A DNA stretch of 28,144 nt from positions 1 to 28,144 of the forward strand of contig JBAXIL010000021.1 in assembly GCA_037138355.1 (NCBI GenBank). The letters run 5' to 3'. The notes under the pieces were generated by a model. The model saw nothing but the letters and a program-made list of their open reading frames with translations, did no database searches and was not told where the DNA came from. The stretch is from a bacterium. GTDB taxonomy: Bacteria > Oederibacteriota > PGYV01 > Palsa-1178. Positions within the stretch are counted from its first letter, which is position 1. Each line of letters begins with the position of its first letter. Made by a program: the position numbers and the translations under genes. This document shows positions 24,600 to 28,144 of the stretch, piece after piece.

Positions 24600-27482
24600 T
24601 TATCTTATAATCAACAGCTCCTGTATTTTATGCATTTGTGGAGATTTTCCCTGATAATTAATCTGTACTCTATAATAATATATTCCATTTGAAAGAGACT
24701 TCAAATACGATTTATCAATTATACCATTATAAAATCCTGCCGGTACACTACCCCACTTAATTTCCCTGATAAGTCTAAAACTCGTGCTATATAATCTAAA
24801 TATAATAAAATCTGCTTGAGCATCTAAAATTATATTTAGATTTATATCTTTTTCTGGGTCTGCTGGATTTGGATAAATAATTTCATCAACTATTGAAGAT
24901 GTATTTGTCATAGTTGGAGTACATGTAATAGTAGGTGTCTGTATTATTGGTGTAAATGTTGGGGTATTTGTTCCAGTTCTTGTCTGAGTTAATGTTGGGG
25001 TGCTTGTGGCAGTACTTGTTTTTGTAAATGTTGATGTATTTGTTTCAGTTTTTGTCTGTGTTAATGTTGGTGTATTTATAATAGTATTTGTTTGTGTTGA
25101 TGATAGCGTGGCTGTCTGCATATAAGTTGCACTTGGTGTTACATTTGGTGTTACCGTGAATGAAGGAGTAGGAACACAATATTTTGCAAAATGACCCATT
25201 AACCATGCTGCCTCAGCATTCCAATATATTCCCGGCTCCAGTGTTGCCGCATCCTGCCAATTTAAAAACCTTTTCCAAGGATTTTCTATATAATATTGTA
25301 AATCAGTATACTCGTTAATATTGCCAGACATATACCCTGGCGGTTGATTGTTTTTTAAATCAGTCCAATAAAATCCATATATATCAGTGTCCTGCTTACC
25401 TTCACCGCTTATGAAACACCTATTGACTGGATTTCTGCCACCTATCCAATCTGCTGACATAACAACTGCATCTCGGTATGCAGTATTTCCAGACCACTGA
25501 TAAACCTTATCAAACATATATGCATTCGCAGCTATCATTCCTGATGAACCCCAATATAAATGATTATCGGCAACTATTGGAATAATATAATTAGTATTGT
25601 TATTCATGTTATCAAGTATCCAGTCAGCTTGCACCGTAAAAGCAGTTTTTAAATCATTTTGAATAGTTGTACTTGCAGCAGTGTAAGTGATATTTATATA
25701 ATTCATATATCCTAAATTAATTATGCTGTGATCCATGACCTGTATTATTGCAGCCCATGACCTATTTGTTCCTCCGTAATCAGTATATACATTACTATAA
25801 TTGTCCGTGAAATATTTATTACAAAAAGTATTTCCAGTTGCATCAAAAATTTCTATAGCTGCAAAGTCGCGTGCCATAGCATCCTGATTATTGTCATATT
25901 CATAACCATAAACGCCTCCTCCTGGTTTTGGAGGATTATAATTTGCTGGATTTGCCATGAGCCAATCCCATGAAGCCATGGCTTTATTTAATAAATCATC
26001 TGCATAAGCAGACAATGAAGGTTCAGCTCTAAATAATTTATAGGCCTTAGCAAAAGTTGCTGCAAGTATAGCAGCAGAACCAGTACTAACGCCTGTCACC
26101 AAGCCATTAGTTTGGTTAAAACCAGCAGTAGAATAATCTACCCAGAACTGTACGCTCCCGTCTGGATTCCACATTTTTTTCATGAAATCCAAATTCCATT
26201 TTATTAGATAATATAAATCATTTACAGAACCGTCTGATTCAGGAATATTAAGAGATGAGGCGGACTGTTTATCTTTGAATTGTTTTAAAGTTTCTAATAA
26301 AAACCACATGGTTTGCCTTTGAGCATGAATATCCTTGTGTGCATCACCAGCATCAAACCAACCACCCTGCACATCACGATTACCTGCTTTATAATCATAA
26401 GTCGCACTATTATCCGCTATAAACTTTGCCGGCCTTATATGTCCTTCTGCTTGTGGTTCAGCTATAGTCTGACCAGAACGCGCATAGTAAAAGAAACGCA
26501 AAGTATCACGGAAAGGTTTATTGTAAACATCACAACCTATTTCAAAAGGAAAAGAAGACTCCCCTAAAGAAGGTACCTCTATCCTATAAATACCAGCAGT
26601 ATTAAAAGTAGAGAAATCAGCATGATAAACAGTATCTCCTGTTTTATTCCAGTTAGGTGCTGATGCAGTTTTCAAAATCAAATTTCCAGTGAAAAGTGTG
26701 GCACCTGATATATTATCAACTAAATTAAATGATGAAGGGGTACTTGTGACAGAACCAACTGCATAACTTACTATGGCTTTTTTTGGCATTTCAGGCAGAT
26801 ACCCAAGCTGGTTTACTTTTACAGTATCTGAGTATAAGCAAACTTGGGATTGTACTATTCTCATTTTTTCTATATATACGGTTGATTGTGTGCTATATGA
26901 ACCCATTCCATACATTTTTATCATATCTATTCTTGTTAGATTAAGAGAAGGATTATTAGCCAAAAAGTCTGACATAGGTATATAAATATCATGCCATGAC
27001 AAGTCAGGAGTAATATAAGAACTTAAAAGGATAAAAGTTTCATGGTCTGTTCCACCATTTATACTATCATGATCCATAAGACTTATCTTAATATCAGCAC
27101 CAGTGGCTATCTGCCCCCAACGAAGTCTTAAATGTAAATATGGATTAGTCCCCATTCGCAAGTAATTTATATCAGTCCCGTTTCCAAGTCTAAATATTAA
27201 GTTCCAATAATCCCCAGCACCAGCATTTGGTATTGTGCTTGTTAAAACAAGCGCTCCTGTACCTTCAGACATATTTACAGGAACTTTATTCCCGCTACAG
27301 GTAGAAACTGTAGCATTACCACCGTAATAATAATCTGATTTATAGCTATCCCAGCAAGTAGGTGAGTTGAACACTGCAAAATAATCTATGGCTGGACATT
27401 CCTGCGAAGTTTGTGGAGTTATAGAAAATAATTGATTTATGAAAACAAATATCAAGATAATAAATAAAAAACTTTTTTTCAT
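24600..27482 (-). CDS. Secreted glycoside hydrolase family 9 protein (CBM-like domain, Ig-like domain, GH9, Thr/Pro linker, T9SS-like CTD)
   Basis: Signal peptide; CBM-like segment (SWHDIYIPMSDF...LNLTRI); VKVNQLGYLPEMPKKA...ADFSTFNTAGIYRI (CelD-type Ig domain); FFYYARSG, GGWFDAGD, WGS and EPGIYWNA GH9 motifs; Thr/Pro linker; IYPNP...LSNGIYYYRV tail. Confidence 0.9.
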   Translation of the reverse strand: MKKSFLFIILIFVFINQLFSITPQTSQECPAIDYFAVFNSPTCWDSYKSDYYYGGNATVSTCSGNKVPVNMSEGTGALVLTSTIPNAGAGDYWNLIFRLGNGTDINYLRMGTNPYLHLRLRWGQIATGADIKISLMDHDSINGGTDHETFILLSSYITPDLSWHDIYIPMSDFLANNPSLNLTRIDMIKMYGMGSYSTQSTVYIEKMRIVQSQVCLYSDTVKVNQLGYLPEMPKKAIVSYAVGSVTSTPSSFNLVDNISGATLFTGNLILKTASAPNWNKTGDTVYHADFSTFNTAGIYRIEVPSLGESSFPFEIGCDVYNKPFRDTLRFFYYARSGQTIAEPQAEGHIRPAKFIADNSATYDYKAGNRDVQGGWFDAGDAHKDIHAQRQTMWFLLETLKQFKDKQSASSLNIPESDGSVNDLYYLIKWNLDFMKKMWNPDGSVQFWVDYSTAGFNQTNGLVTGVSTGSAAILAATFAKAYKLFRAEPSLSAYADDLLNKAMASWDWLMANPANYNPPKPGGGVYGYEYDNNQDAMARDFAAIEIFDATGNTFCNKYFTDNYSNVYTDYGGTNRSWAAIIQVMDHSIINLGYMNYINITYTAASTTIQNDLKTAFTVQADWILDNMNNNTNYIIPIVADNHLYWGSSGMIAANAYMFDKVYQWSGNTAYRDAVVMSADWIGGRNPVNRCFISGEGKQDTDIYGFYWTDLKNNQPPGYMSGNINEYTDLQYYIENPWKRFLNWQDAATLEPGIYWNAEAAWLMGHFAKYCVPTPSFTVTPNVTPSATYMQTATLSSTQTNTIINTPTLTQTKTETNTSTFTKTSTATSTPTLTQTRTGTNTPTFTPIIQTPTITCTPTMTNTSSIVDEIIYPNPADPEKDINLNIILDAQADFIIFRLYSTSFRLIREIKWGSVPAGFYNGIIDKSYLKSLSNGIYYYRVQINYQGKSPQMHKIQELLIIR
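24951..25073 (-). repeat. Intragenic imperfect repeat with 72-bp period in the Thr/Pro linker
   Basis: TPTLTQTKTETNTSTFT and TPTLTQTRTGTNTPTFT lie 24 codons apart, and the DNA similarity is visible. Confidence 0.8.
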
Positions 27483-27531
27483 TATATCTCCGTATGATAA
27501 TTATGTATATCTAATGAAAATTTAATTATTG

Positions 27532-27551
27532 ATTGTTATCCCGATAATAAT
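27532..27551. promoter_or_regulatory. Candidate operator palindrome upstream of the GH9 gene
   Basis: ATTGTTATC-CC-GATAATAAT, 8/9 arm match, about 50 bp upstream of the GH9 ATG. Confidence 0.35.
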
Positions 27552-27594
27552 AGAAAATATAGAGTTAAACTAAAATTCTGCATATTAATGGTTT

Positions 27595-27780
27595 TATCTA
27601 CTCACTACTCTCAACTTTCTCACCATTTTTTGCGGAGCATCTAAATCTAAAACATATCTACTTCCTCCGATGATAGTAGATAGTAGAAAGTAGAACGAAA
27701 GTTGTGCAGAGTTAGTGGTTTTTAGTTTTATCTACTATCTACTCACTACTCTCAACTTTCTCACCATTTTTTGCGGAGCA
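27595..27780. repeat. 45-bp perfect direct repeat with heptamer subunits in the tmRNA 3' flank
   Basis: TATCTACTCACTACTCTCAACTTTCTCACCATTTTTTGCGGAGCA occurs at 27595-27639 and 27736-27780. An inverted heptamer run GATAGTAGATAGTAGAAAGTAGA lies between them at 27672-27694. Confidence 0.9.
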
Positions 27781-27785
27781 AAAAA

Positions 27786-28124
27786 TGGTGGAGGCGGTGG
27801 GAGTTGAACCCACGCCCAGACCTGTTACAGCAAAGGCTCCTACATGCTTGTTCCGGTATTTGATTTCGCACACCGGGCTTGACCGGACGCAATAACGGTG
27901 CGCTACTCTCCCTTAGTCTTAGCAGATCCGTAAGGAGAACACGGAGCTGAGCGGCCTGCTGTTGGGCCCCTTAGTTCTCCCGCAGGCGGAAGAGAAAAAA
28001 GAGGTGCAGCTTTAAGCTGCTAAAGCGTAATTATTTGCAGTTACGTGTTCCACGTTTTTACAGTGTCATGGGCACTGGCATGCTCCTAAAACCTACGCGA
28101 GACCTGTCGAATCCAGTCGCCCCC
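27786..28124 (-). ncRNA. ssrA: tmRNA (transfer-messenger RNA), 339 nt, tag (A)ANNYALAA
   Basis: 5' end GGGGGCGACTGGATTCGACAGG and 3' end GTGGGTTCAACTCCCACCGCCTCCACCA form an Ala-type acceptor stem with a G3:U wobble and encoded CCA. The tag frame GCA AAT AAT TAC GCT TTA GCA GCT TAA is at 28038-28012, with the stop codon in a GCAGCT/AGCTGC hairpin loop. Confidence 0.98.
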
Positions 28125-28144
28125 GAATTTTTTTACAAAAAATT

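Noticed and set aside
24009..27785. Integrated prophage or genomic island at the tmRNA 3' end
   Set aside because: No integrase, and I did not find a displaced direct copy of the tmRNA 3' end (att site) in the window. The duplicated 45-mer covers only flank sequence.

Overview
AT-rich bacterial chromosomal window using the standard genetic code. Every credible gene is on the minus strand. In transcription order (right to left) it holds: tmRNA (ssrA, tag ANNYALAA) with a hairpin and repeat-rich 3' flank; a large secreted GH9-family glycoside hydrolase with a Thr/Pro linker and a T9SS-like C-terminal domain; a hypothetical lipoprotein; an unannotated promoter-to-terminator unit with a G-tract-rich core (candidate sRNA); a glycine-cleavage plus lipoylation operon (gcvT-gcvH-gcvPA-gcvPB-lipoate ligase/LipM-lipA-lpdA); a TetR-controlled YbhGFSR-like ABC exporter operon with a 97-bp palindromic element inside it; a BatC-like TPR gene coupled to a DinG/YoaA helicase; hemerythrin, MEMO1/AmrB, Fe-ADH, two GT-C-like membrane proteins, a cupin and a GGQ release-factor-like protein; then gatC and the 5' part of gatA. 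No integrase, transposase, cas or phage gene is visible. The most interesting unexplained signals are non-coding: the candidate sRNA upstream of gcvT, a sigma54-type promoter in front of gatC, two different heptamer-built repeat/hairpin elements, and a hairpin that would sequester the tmRNA CCA end. The GH9 architecture suggests a lineage such as Ca. Goldbacteria or an FCB-like phylum, but this is low-confidence inference. All calls were made by eye without database searches.
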